Origin: Spironucleus salmonicida
Taxonomy: Eukaryota
NCBI RefSeq assembly: GCF_000497125.1
Contig: NC_090601.1
Span: 930,001 to 994,000 of the forward strand
DNA length: 64,000 nt
Direction: 5' to 3'
A model generated the notes under the pieces. That model was given only the letters and a program-made list of their open reading frames with translations. It was not told the DNA's origin and did no database searches. Positions 38,962 to 51,952 of the stretch are shown here, one piece after another (position 1 is the first letter of the stretch; the number at the start of each line of letters is the position of its first letter). The position numbers were made by a program, and so were the translations under genes.

Positions 38962-40432
38962 GGTATTTTGTGAGTTGCTAAGTTTACACTTGTTAATTTT
39001 TTGGTAAATTAATGGGACCCATAACTTAGTTACTATAAATTTCCTCTATATTTATAATTATTATATCTATCAATTGAATTTATGATTGCCAGAGCGTAAT
39101 TTAACTTGTGTGTATTTATTTTTAAGTCTAATACTCTGTTTAATTGTAATCATAAAGCAAGACATAAAATTGCTATTAATTAGATTATTATATGATATTA
39201 TTATATTTTTCTTTGTTCTTTTATGTTGTAGATATCCATCAAATTCGATCAATATGACTACTAAAATAAAATAATCTTAATATTCATCGCATAAGGCTCT
39301 ATAGTATACTTGTATCTTTTTTTCATGTTTATTCAATTCAAGGCCTGTTATTTTGATATGAACTTACTAACCTGCTAAATGAATTATAAGCTGAAGTCTC
39401 TAATTAAAATTCATACATTATTCTATTGATTTTCATTAATGAATATTCTAAATTATGGTTTAGGCACGATAAATTTGATAGAAAGTTTAGAAATCAACTT
39501 TTATTATTTATATATAATTAATATTAGACTATTTATTTAATACATATACTTTGTCTAGATCTGTCGTATAGTTATTTGATGGATGTATATTTATATAGTA
39601 TTGTAACACCATTTTTAATTATCGTATTTACGGTTTACATTTTTTTTAATATAAATCAAAGAATGTCACAAATTATATAGATATACTTATTACAAGCAAA
39701 CAAAAATAGAAATGCATAAAGAGATATTAATTAATATGTATCAATTAACATATATATTTACTCCTGTATATTTAAAAATGTTCCATGTTCTTCCTTAAAT
39801 TAGAGAATCATTAATAAGTGAATGTGCATATTTTAATCAAGTAGAATATTCTGAATCTGCTGATATTGATTCTATCTTTATACTAGATTTTGCATTACTT
39901 GATCTGTGATGCGCGTAGTGATTATTTGTATAGATTCCTCTATTTAAAATATCTTAAATTATACAGTAATATTTATTTATATGTAACTATCTTTATAATC
40001 TTACCATAATGCGAAGCATGATTAATATTTAGTATTAAGTAGTTGTATGGTCAACTTTTTCTATTTTACACAATTCAAAATAAAATATAACTAGTTGTAA
40101 CAAGTAAAAAATTATTTAAGTAAATTAAATTTAGAAACTTAAAATCTAAAAATAACAAAATAAAATAAATATTTTATGGTTCATGGAGTAAAATAAATAA
40201 AATTAACAACATATTATTTTTATCATAAAAGACAATAACTAATTATATTAATGTAGTATTTCTATACTATTGTGGTTTAGATTAGCTTCAATTAAAAATT
40301 ACTCCTTGATTTACAAGTATTATCTCCAGTTTTTAGTTTTTAATATCTATATTATTATTTAATTTAACAAATAATATAAATCATCGATTTTTTAATATAT
40401 ATATAATAATATATAATAATATATTTCACATA

Positions 40433-42016
40433 ATGGAGGAAACCCTTACTACAGAGCTTATAACGCATTAGATTGATTCATTAACTTAATAACTAGAAAT
40501 TGTTGAAAATACAGCGAAAGAATTATAGTCATAGAATTTAATATTGAATAATCAATTAGTAAAATTAAAAGACGATAATCTGTAATTAAAAACTGAACTG
40601 GATTTTGCTAGAGAAATGCTACAGGCTGTAGACTCATCTGAAAATATTAAAAACTTTATTAAAAAGACAGATAATACTTTCAGTGATCTGTAAACTGAGT
40701 GCAAGCTACTGAAAGGGCATATGATGGAATAAATGAAAATTAATGAACTTTAAAGTTAAAAAATTAAATAATTTAATAAAGATAGACTTAGCCCATAAAT
40801 AAAGAAAAATGTTAGCGAGCTTACTTTAAAGATTAGTAAAGAAGTTTAAACAATAGAGTAATAGTTATAACAACAATAGTAATATACTATTAAAACTCCT
40901 ATTCCACCATTAAAAGGTTAATAAATTCAGAGAGATTCATAGTATCACACAGATTTAGATAAGTTTTTCGACTCTCAGGGTGATAAGTAGGTGAGGAAAG
41001 AAAACATACTAAGATTGTCATCATCTAATTTGTTAGCTGAAGAATAGCCATATACGAATAACCTAAAATCTTTAATTTCTAAATAGTAATTAGAACTTAA
41101 AGTTAATAAAATTTGGAACAAGACACGTCCTGAGTCTCCTCCTCAACCATCACCATTTAAACGTTCTGCTAGTTAGCTAGTGCTTTCTCCAAGTTAGTAG
41201 TAATAGAAGAAACAAGATGATAGTTAAAGCTTTTTATCAAAAATTGGTGATCCAAATCCAATTATCTGGTTAAAGCAGTAATTAGCTACATAAAATCTAG
41301 AAATTTCGCAGCTAAAAAGGGATAATGATAGCCTCTAAAAAGAGTTAGAATTGTAAAATAACAACAATTCAAGAATAGTATCTCAATTAGAAATTGAACT
41401 GGGAAAGCTACGATAATTTTAAAATAACTAGGACAAGTATTAAGCAATTAAGCTAGAACTAACCAATAAAGAAGAATTAGTTAACAGTATGCACAAGTAA
41501 ATCTTGAATTTTTAAGACAAAATAGCAGCATAATAATCAACTATTGAATAACTGAGATATGAAAAATTGAACTAGCCTATTCCAAAAACGATACCCATCA
41601 GTAATCAGCCCTAACTAAAAGAGTCTGATTTAACCTTAAATTAGAACAAGCTATTTTTATCGTCACACATGTTTCTAGTATCTCTCACGCAAATTTAAAC
41701 GGTACAGGACATCCCATCCAAGTTATTCGCGTTTGCAGATAGCCACAATCTGTTCCAAAACGACTTTCAGAGAAACCACTTCTTCAAGCAAGTCATGAGC
41801 AACAAGTGCGACTCGCCCCTCGACTACGAGCTAAAGTACAAAATCCTCGACAGAGCAGCGGCCGACACCTCCGTAACAGAGCTGTACGACCACTTCCTAA
41901 AAATGAAGGAGCTGCTCCTGGTATTCGTTGACTACTGCAAGGCCCAATGGGGAAACCGCAAGGAAGCCGTGGAGGGAAAAATTTCATGCCTTCTGAGATT
42001 TTTGGAGCTGAACTGA
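40433..42016 (+). CDS. Coiled-coil protein (~527 aa) with C-terminal LKYKILDRA motif
   Basis: ATG 40433 (MEETLTTELITH...) in frame with 41795..42016; Gln-rich coils. Confidence 0.8.
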
Positions 42017-42055
42017 TAAACTAATTATTATACTTATATATTAACATAATAAAAA

Positions 42056-42803
42056 ATGTAGTAGTAGAAAATTTTTTCGCTCCTGAAGGAAGTTTCGGTG
42101 CAGGGACAAAAAATCGTAGCACAGAAGGCTGCGCTACAGAATTAAGCGGCCGAGCTGGAAACTACGAAATCGCAGTTCAAATCAGTCACTTTTCAGCTCA
42201 AAAAAAGCCAAATCCTGGCCGCCAGAAGCGCAAAAACGCTCAGAAACCAGCAAACCGCCACCCCAGAATCATGCTCTCTCGAGAGCCTCGAACGGAAGCT
42301 CGACGAGTCCGCAGAGCTCCTCCGCAGCCTCACTGACGATCAAGTTTAAGCTAAAAACTTGAAGTGTCAAAAATTAGAAGTGGAAAATCAAAATCAAAGT
42401 GAAATTCAAAATTTGAAGATTCAAATTTCAGAATTTTAAAGGCTTAATTTCGATTTGACGCAGGCAGCAGCGCGTGAAGATCGCGATTTTAACGCCCTAC
42501 GGCATCGCTGTGAGCGCGCGGAGGCGGAAAACTGCGAAATTTGATCCCAGCGCGAAATGCTGCGAAGTGAACTTTAAAAAAATGATTAGCATATCTTACT
42601 GATATAAGCAAAATTGCAAGATTAACATGCAGAACCCCAGAAATCGCCTGAACAGGCCACCCCGTAAAACCTGCGGCTAAAATACGACATCCTAGACCGC
42701 GCGGCGGCGCAGCGCCCCCTACCAGGCGATCTGGAGCTGATCCAGGACTTCGAGGCGCAATATGCAGCTCCTCCGCACCATTATAACGCTAATTTCCGAG
42801 TGA
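42056..42803 (+). pseudogene. Third LKYxILDRA coiled-coil paralogue, disrupted
   Basis: ATG 42056; in-frame TGA at 42542-42544, after which the frame continues to LKYDILDRAA; apparent +1 shift near 42760 before MQLLRTIITLISE-TGA. Confidence 0.65.
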
Positions 42804-42812
42804 ATTAAGACC

Positions 42813-43985
42813 TCACCTCATGACCCACTCCTTCTGGATGCCGCCCTTCACCCACTCCTTCTTCATCACCTTGCTCACCGCGACCTCGAAGTCCGTCTGC
42901 ACAACGCAGCCTCGCTTCTCCCTCAGCGCGCAGATGCCAGCCTCGTTGCAGACCGCCCTGCAGTCGCTCCCGCTCGCGCCCTCCATTTTCCTTGCGATTT
43001 CCAGCAGGTCAACGCTCCGCTGCACGTTCATCGCGCGCGAATGAATCCGCAAAATCGACGCCCGGGACTCGGCGGTCGGATTCGGAAGCTCAATTTTGCG
43101 GTCGATTCGGCCGGGCCTCAGCAGCGCTTCGTCCAGCATGTCTATCCGGTTCGTCGCCATTATGAGCTTGATCTGCGTGGAGGGCTCAAAGCCATCCAGT
43201 TATGCTAGTAGTTCCAGCATCGTGCGCTGGACTTCTTGCTCGGCTCCCTTCGCGTCATCTGTGCGCTTTCCACCCACTGAGTCAGCTTCGTCAATGAAGA
43301 TTATGGATGGTTGGTGCTGCTTCGCCATCTAAAACAGCTCCCGTACCATCCTGGCGCCTTCACCGATGTACTTTTGAATCAGTTCAGAGCCCGAAATGCG
43401 GATGAAAGTACAGTTGCAGTGGTGCGCAACCGCCTTTGCCAGTAACGTTTTCCCGGTACCCGGTGGGCCGCAGAGGCACACACCGCTACCGGGCTCAACA
43501 CCGAGCGATTTGAAGATTTCGGGGCACTTAAGTGGTAGCTCGATGATGTCACGGAGCTCCTTAATCTGCTTGTCCAGGCCGCCGATCTCGCCGTATGTGC
43601 AGTCCGGCACTGACTCGATTTTCATCAAATTGACAACAGGATCCACTGATTGTGGCAAAATTAACGTTATCTCCTTCGTGGACTGCTTGAGCGCGACGCG
43701 TGTGCGTGGTAGCAGTTGCAACGTGTTCACTTTTGACGAAATGGCTACCACCATACGATCATCGGGAGGCTGCTTTACAAGGCATCTGGTATTGGATTGC
43801 AGTTTTATCACTTCCGCGAGCTCCATCGGTGACTCCTGGATCGCGTGGATCTCTTCTTGCAGTCTGCGGATTTTTGCATTGTAATCGTCGCACAGGGAGG
43901 ATAAAGAGCTGAAAGTTTGTGTTTTCTGCGCAATCAGAGACGTCAGGGAGCTGATTCTGTTGTCGTAGTAGGATTAGAGGTCCAT
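42813..43985 (-). CDS. RPT6: 26S proteasome AAA-ATPase subunit Rpt6
   Basis: [65 protein letters not shown]; joined via TAG/TAA=Gln. Confidence 0.95.
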
Positions 43986-44237
43986 AGAGGATATTAGTGG
44001 AAAGGGTAAAAATAAATAGTGATAATTAATGTAAATTAATTGTCAAATGAAGATTAAAAATTGGTAAAATTGTTTGGAGAATTAGTGGTATCAGTGCGAA
44101 AGGTAATAATTTATCGTATACTATTCACTCAATATTACTGTTTGCACGAATTTAAAATTGATAGCAGTCTTAAATTCGTTATGTATGCGTATTATTGTAT
44201 TAAAATTACTATTTTCATTACAGAAACTTAGGGATAC

Positions 44238-44474
44238 TCATTCTTCGCTTTAATCCTAATCTTTTGTTAAAAAATTGTCAAAAATTGCCATATAATCAGT
44301 GTCATCTGGATCACTAAGACTTAATGATCTATTTGATAAAGAAGTAGTCAATAATGAGTTTGATAACTAAATGGTAAGTGTTTTATAAATTGGTGGTCTG
44401 GCATTATATCTTGATCGAACCGAAACTAATGAACAGGCCTTGACCTTCACCTAAGCACGATTAATCTTTTTCAT
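44238..44474 (-). CDS. Small hypothetical protein (~78 aa)
   Basis: MKKINRAQVKVK... open to TGA; basic N-terminus, acidic C-terminus. Confidence 0.4.
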
Positions 44475-44645
44475 TTTGTTATCCTATACTTATATATTAT
44501 AACACTATTTATATGATTATATACTTAATTATTTTTAAATATTTTTATTAGTAATAAAATCATGAACACTGGGTTTTAAATAAACCACAATATAGATAAG
44601 ATCTCTTTTTGGTTATAAAATATAATATTTATATAAAAATAAAAT

Positions 44646-45098
44646 TCATGTAAAATTTACGACAATCCTACCATTAACACTAGCTCCAAATGATATATTA
44701 TCAACTTTATAGTATGAACAAATTTTCTGCAAAATAATTTTAAATTCACCTCGATTCTATCCAATGCTTAAATAAAATAACAAAAATGGGCGCAAATTTT
44801 CATGTATATCAGCTGCTTCTTAAACAGTGAGCAAGTAATGTTCTGGAATCTTAAATTATTAAAATAAATTTACAGAGTAGTAATTTTGCTTGATTGATGA
44901 TAATTTATAAGTTAACAGAATTAGTTCTTTGATATTCTTTTGAAGGAGTGCATCAATAAATTTAACTATCAAGCTTGATATCTTTTAATTTTTTGCTGCA
45001 TTTACTTCAAATTGTTATTAATGCATATTTAAACGCTAAACAATATAAACTGGGAAAATAAAATTAGACATCTTTGCATCTATTAAATAATTTGACAT
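44646..45098 (-). CDS. Hypothetical protein (~150 aa)
   Basis: Open frame under the Gln code starting about 50 bp after the iPGM stop. Confidence 0.45.
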
Positions 45099-45145
45099 TT
45101 AATAAAAATAAATAATATGAAATATATTATATGAAATAATACTGA

Positions 45146-46759
45146 TCATTTCTTACTAATGATAGTCTTATCATATTCAGAAGGGGAATCAATTCCTAAG
45201 AAATCAAGCATTGTGGAAGCAATACTAGATATTCCTAACCCCTCAGTAAGCTTGAGATCATAATCCTAGTACTTTTCATACGTGGGATCATAAATAATAA
45301 AAGGAACAGCATTAAGACTATGGGAAGTTTTAACTTTCTAAACACCCTGTTCAAGCTTGATATTTCCAGATTTATCTACTTCAAACATATCATCAGCATT
45401 GCCGTGATCAGCAGAGATTAGCATTACACCGTCAACTTCTTTGATAGCCTCCATAAGTCTGCCTAAACAGATATCAAGGGTTTCAATAGAAACACGAACT
45501 GCTTCAAATACACCAGTATGACCAACCATATCACCGTTAGGGTAATTTAGTCTAATATGTTAATATTTCTTGGTTTTGATCGCATCAACAACATAGTCAG
45601 TAATCTCACCACATTTCATCCATGGCTTAAGGTCATAGGAAATAACGTCAGATTGAATTTCTACGTATTTTTCAAGCTTATCATTAATGTATCCAGAACG
45701 ATTACCATTAAAGAAATATGTAACATGACCGAACTTTTAAGTTTCGGAGATAGCTAAAGTAGTTACGCCAGCTTTAGCGATATATTCACCTATAACTTTA
45801 TCAATCTGAGGAGGAGAAACTAAATAATTTTTGGGGATAGCTAAATCACCATCATACTGCATAATACCAGCATAAAAGAGATTCTTAGGGCGTCTTCTTT
45901 CAAAATGATTAAAAGTCTCATCTTCAAAGGCCTGAGAAATTTCAATGGCTCTATCACCTCTGAAATTAAAGAGAACAACTGCATCATTGTCGTTGATTTT
46001 ACCAACGGGGACACCATTTTCAGCAATAACAAAGCTAGGTAAATCCTAATCCTTCTTACCAGTTTCTGAGCGAAGTGTTTCATAAGCTTCTTATAAACTA
46101 GAGAATTATCTACCTTCACCATGTACATGGGTATTCCACCCACGTTCAACCATAGGCCATTCTGCTTGATATCTATCCATAGTGATAAACATTCTACCAC
46201 CACCAGATGCAGGTTTAATATCGCATCCAGTTGAGGAACGAATTTCAGTTAAGAATTGTTCAAAAGGTACAATAAATTCCATTCCAGAAGTTTCGCCAAC
46301 ATCTCTTCCATCAAACATTAAATGAAGTCTGATCTTCTTGACAGTCTTAGAAGCTTCGGTAATTAATGCTTTTAAGTGGTCAAGATGAGAATGGACATTA
46401 CCGTCAGAGAATAAACCAATTAAGTGTAAAGTATCACGGCTAATAGATTACTTCCAAGCATCACCTTCATAAATAGAACGTGATTCTAGTGCATTAGTAA
46501 TAAGCATAGAACCTTAAGAAAATACTCTACCACAACCAATAGCATTATGACCGACTTCAGAGTTACCCATATCAGCATCGGAAGGTAAACCCACTGATAA
46601 ACCATGAGCTTTTAATGGAACATTAGGGCAGTTTTCATGCAACCAGTCAAGATTTGGCTTATAAGCAGCTGCTACAGCATCTGCAGATTTAACTTTACCA
46701 TAACCAACTCCATCTAAAATAACAAAAACCATTGGTCCTGAACGACGTTTGAGAGGCAT
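45146..46759 (-). CDS. gpmI: 2,3-bisphosphoglycerate-independent phosphoglycerate mutase
   Basis: [40 protein letters not shown] motifs in one frame; 537 aa. Confidence 0.96.
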
Positions 46760-47011
46760 TAATAGACGGAAAGAACATTAAATTATATTACTGTTATTAT
46801 ATATTATTCTATATATAATTTTATAATTTTATAAACCACAAATCAGAAAACAAAAACTTACTAGAATTATAACTAATATAATATATAATATATAATATAT
46901 ACAATAAAAAAATTAATTATTATTAAGTGAGTTAATAATGATATATTTTATCAATTTTAGTTTTGTATATAAGTTATTATATTAAAATAAAAATACTATT
47001 CACTTCTATTA

Positions 47012-47209
47012 ATGTCAGACGATACCTATGAGCTAGCTCTGGAAAAACACCCTGAATTTTATAATAACATCATCTAATTAAATGAGAGTGTTGAGTCATA
47101 CAAATAGTAGTGTATAAAATAAGAACATAATACAAGAGAACTTTTATTTTTAGAGTAAAAACTAGAGATTAGAATTGAACTTTTAAATAGACTTGAAGAG
47201 TAAAAGTGA
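47012..47209 (+). CDS. Small coiled-coil protein (65 aa), tandem paralogue 1
   Basis: MSDDTYELALEKHPEFYNNI...; AAGTGA stop; similar to the next ORF. Confidence 0.6.
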
Positions 47210-47303
47210 TTCTTTCTATATAACATTATAAAGAGTTAGTTTATTTAATTTTTATTATATACTTTTATATAATATAATACTCTTTCGTTTCAATTTATTA
47301 AAA

Positions 47304-47510
47304 ATGAATATTACTGTAGAAGAATTTAAAGAAAAGTATAACGAAAACCCTGAACTTTATGACAAAATAACTGACTTATACCAAGAGTATAAAGATATGG
47401 AAGATATTTAACATAAAATTGATGCAACACTGATTGAACTTACTTATTTGTAGTTAGAAGTAGATATTAAGAGCAGCTGTCTAGCAGAAGCTAATAAAAA
47501 ATAAGAGTGA
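47304..47510 (+). CDS. Small coiled-coil protein (68 aa), tandem paralogue 2
   Basis: MNITVEEFKEKYNENPELYDKI...; GAGTGA stop. Confidence 0.6.
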
Positions 47511-47641
47511 ACGTTATAAATCCTTATTTTAATCTTATATTTTATTTTTTTATGTAACTATAGATAAATCCAAAATTGATCAAACTATAATTATTATCTG
47601 AATAATAAATATAATTTAACATTTCCAATTTTCAACAAAAA

Positions 47642-48343
47642 ATGGAACCTATCTTTAAATAAATACTAAACAATCAGTCACTGCTGGAACAACAGATCAA
47701 GTCGTTAGAGAACTAACTTCATACTATATCTGATGTTGCATTCTCAATATACGATTCGATGCTGGATACTTAAAAAGTTTCTCGAAATTTTGTAAACGAA
47801 TTTAAGGAAAAGTTTTCATAAAGTAACTATATCTAACATTTTTAAGAATTAGATAAATCAATTCAAGATATTAAATCAATTCATATGCATATATAACAAA
47901 AAATGATTCCTGAAGCAAACGAAATAGTAATCAGCAAGGCATATAAAAAGGAAATGGTATTGAGTTAGAGCGAAGATATTATTTAATAACCAATTTAAAA
48001 GCCTAGAAATAAATATAAATAAGTTATACTATCAGTCCCTGAAGATGTAATCGAAACTGCTGGTTGTGAATCAATTGCCCCAGCAGTCGCACTTGATTCT
48101 GATGAAGAAGATATACCTGATGAAGATCCATTCAACTAAATAGAAAATGCAGCCGAAACATTACTGGTGAGAGTAAAAGAAGGGATTAAAGAACTAGATG
48201 AAGCAAAGCGACCCGAATTTTAAAACAAAGTTCTGAAATTCGTTACATAAATTTCTGAATAAGTCGGAAAAGGTGAGTGTGATTTTGAAAGAAAACGTGG
48301 AGTTTGGTAAACATTAGAAAGAATAACAGAAATTGTTAAATGA
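47642..48343 (+). CDS. Hypothetical protein (~233 aa)
   Basis: MEPIFKQILNNQ... open to TGA; acidic patch DSDEEDIPDED. Confidence 0.75.
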
Positions 48344-49000
48344 AATAATTAAAATATCTATGTATTATTAATAATTTTTATTGAAAACACCTTTACTTTA
48401 TTTAATTTTTTAATAAAATACGCAGTTATAAAATTAAAGAAGCTAAATAATTAACTATTAAATAGAATTTTCTAATGATATATATTTTATATAAAACTCT
48501 CAAAATTTATTCATTATTACCAATTTTGCATTAATAATAAATACTTTTATGATTAAATAAACAAAATATCTTAAACATACGTATAGGTATTGATATTAAT
48601 ACTACTATATATAATTCAATATAAGCATACCTGGATTGCTTAAATATTAATTCTTATTTCTGATGCATTAAACTAAATGAAGTACAATAAATTTAAAAAA
48701 GAATCGATGTATATGTTATATATAAAATTGATAATATTCAATAATTATTAGTACTCTTAAATCACATTAAATATTTCCCTTATTTTAATTAAATATGTAC
48801 AAATCCACACTCTTGCAATTTATCATTAATAACGAAAAAACTTAAATATTATAAAGATATTCTTAGTTGATATATAGGAAGAATTAACTGGAAATTTAAA
48901 ATAATTTAATCATAAATAGTCTATAATAGTTTTACATTTAAAGTAATATATAGTACTTCTGTTAATATAAATAGTAAATTCAATTTTATGAAATTTAAAA

Positions 49001-51279
49001 ATGGATAAGTTTTCCAAATCAGGTGGTTCTTCTTCATCAGCATCAAGAACAACTAAGCATACTATCTAACGTGAGATCAAGTTATTAGGGGACCTCAATC
49101 CTCTTCCAACTACTATTAATCAATTTCTGCTTAAAATCCCATCATAAATACTTCCTGCCTTATCTCTTACAATTACATTTTTTTATATCTCACTTTATAG
49201 TGTATCTAAGTTTATCTCAAAGTTTGCCTTGTTATACCTTTTTTTATGATACTCTCTTAAAATCTCCCTGGCGAAATTGCTTAAAGTTGTCCTAATATGA
49301 CTAATAAAAATATTGTAGCAGGATAATATGCAGTAGGAAATATATATTTTGTATATTATTTTATGGCAAGCTTTATAGTAAATATACTTGGAATAATGTT
49401 TGGTATGCTTGTAATTAAACCTTATTTTGTTTTAGAATGTACACGTTTTTATACAATAACAATGTTCTGCAGTGGACCATTATGTGAAACACTAACTACT
49501 GGTATTGAGGTATTGATACATTATATAAAGTTGAGAGTCGTTTAGGCATTGTAACATTAAGATAATTTATTAATGGTAGTATTAGTTTAGGAATTAACCC
49601 ATTTATTCTAAACTAATTTAATAAGGGAGACTTAAATGTCTAATTAGGATTGGATGTTTTCAGTTATGGAATTTTAAGCAATTATGCTGTTTAAGTAGTA
49701 TAGCATATAGCTATTATTTCAAAAATAAAATTAATGAATGTTGAATATTTTGGTATTTTGAAATTTAGTGTGAAAAGATTACGTCCTTTCAGAACTAAAT
49801 TTTTATTAAATATATATGCAAGTTCCTTATAATATATGGTAATAATAAATATATTCCCATTATAAGTACTCATTGTAACGATGATAATATACTATTTACC
49901 AACAACTGATTATGATCAAAATATGATTATGGTTAAAAATATACTCGTTATTATTATCCATGCATTAATAATGCCGAGTCATAGAGCATTCTTTAAGAGC
50001 TTCTTCCTTATTGAATATTGGAATTAAAAAGCTAAGTAGAACTTATGAATTTTTAAAATACCACTTAGTATTTGACTTTGGATTTTCTACTCCTTTTTCA
50101 ATTATATGGGATTCCCTATCTTAAAAATTATCATCAATTTTAATCCCGAATATTTTAAATGCTAGAAGAAGTGCAGCATATGAGTTAGAAGAATATTATA
50201 TGGTTGTTTTAATAACTTCTGTTCCAACTTTCTTTGGCTTCTATATGTAACTTTCAAATATTATGTTATAAATCGAAGGAATACAGAAGCTTACAACATT
50301 AATTTAATTACCTGCAGCTATATTTGTTGCATCTATTCCGTTTATGTCTTTAAAAATTATCGGATAGTCAGCCCCTTTATACTAAATTCTAACCATTATA
50401 GAATTGGTTAGCCTTTCTATAAGTGTACCTATGGTAATATTCTATGGCCACAATTATAAAAATTTGAGTAAGGCTGAAATCTTGAAGAATGAATAGCTTG
50501 TGAACCAAGATATCACATCTAGTGTAGTTGACGAAATTCGTCTAACTGTGACTAATGCTTTCTTGTAAGATGGAGAGGAGGAAGATCAAAATTAGGTAAG
50601 ATAAAAGTCCAAGTTTAATGGTGATATCCACCTTACTATGACCAATAAAGAAAAAACAGATAAACTTCACACGAACCCATAATTTATCAGTCTCGCAAGA
50701 TAATTTGGTAGCCGCATGACTATCGCAAGCATATTAAATAAGTAGAGCATTAATATGAGAGAAAATATACCTGATGACCGAAACAGAGCTAGCTAGTTAA
50801 CGTGTAGCGTTTTAGATGATAAAAAAGCCGTCTCCAGTCTCGAAACACATAGTATAGTAAACTTAAGCAACATAGGGTAGCTGGATAAGTAATCTTATTA
50901 AAATATTCCTAATTTCTCTGGATAAATTTACTATTCGCGACCTGCAATACCCGTAACCACGCGATCAAAGTAATTCTGCTTTCTCCGGTACAATTTTACT
51001 GAAAACTTGAAAATCACTATCTCAGAAACTGATTTTACTGTCTATACGCTAAATTTACAGAGTATCATATCCTTGCAGACGGAGCAGAAACCGATCTTCG
51101 CAAAACTAAAATTACCCAATACTCAATTTGCATATTTATATGAAAAGTTTCTAAAAACAAACATAAAATAATATATATTTTATTTTTACCTCCAATTATT
51201 TGTGGATTCTGAAACCCAACTCAACACTTATTACGGGAAAATAGGTTTTTACTTACACATTTAGTACAATTAAAGCTGA
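49001..51279 (+). pseudogene. MATE-like multi-pass membrane transporter with three frameshifts
   Basis: Many hydrophobic helices with MATE-like spacing (IKVESRLG, MLQIEG); coding frame shifts near 49245 (T run), 49528 (A run) and 50040. 3' end uncertain. Confidence 0.55.
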
Positions 51280-51355
51280 ACTTTTCCATCCCTTTCTACG
51301 GGACAGACTTTATAATACCAAAAACTTACCATTTGGAATCGCATTTACACCCAAA

Positions 51356-51889
51356 ATGGAGCGTGCGAAGACCATTAGCTGGCAGAACGCCGCGCTGGAC
51401 AGGTCGCTGAACCAGACATCCCTCCGCGACCGGTCGATGCTGGATCCTGACGCACTGTGCGGCTTCCAGATACAGCTGGCGGGCGGCAAGTTTCCCTGCC
51501 TCTGCCGCATGCTGCACCAGACACTGGCGATTCTGGCGCTCGTCTGCGCGCAGATGTACTTGAACCGCACGTGCAGATACAGCGAATTCGACCTCTACGC
51601 GTAGTTCTACCTCGCGTCGCGGGTTCTGATTCTGTACAAAATCCTGCACATTCTCACTGCAATTCTTCTTTACGTCGACAGCGCATCGCAGGGCGCGCAG
51701 CTGGCGCTCGTGGTGAACCTCTGGCTCCAGATCTTCGTGGGGCGCGTGTTTGCGCTCCAGAGCGCGGAATTTGCGGGCGGCGCGCTGCGGTGCATCGTCG
51801 GCGCCGACGCATTAGCGAATGGCTGCCAGCTGGTGCTGCTAGCCTGCACAAAGCTGGCCGCGAGCGTTGCGGTGTAGCGTGACATGTGA
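51356..51889 (+). CDS. Multi-pass membrane protein, GC-rich paralogue of 53550..54095
   Basis: Reads through TAG; HQTLAILALVCAQMYLN...FDLYAQFYLASRVLILYKILHIL. Confidence 0.75.
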
Positions 51890-51952
51890 TTCGGTCGATT
51901 TCACGCATTTTCGTTCATTTTCCACTCCGTTTTAGTTCCAATGTTAAAATCA

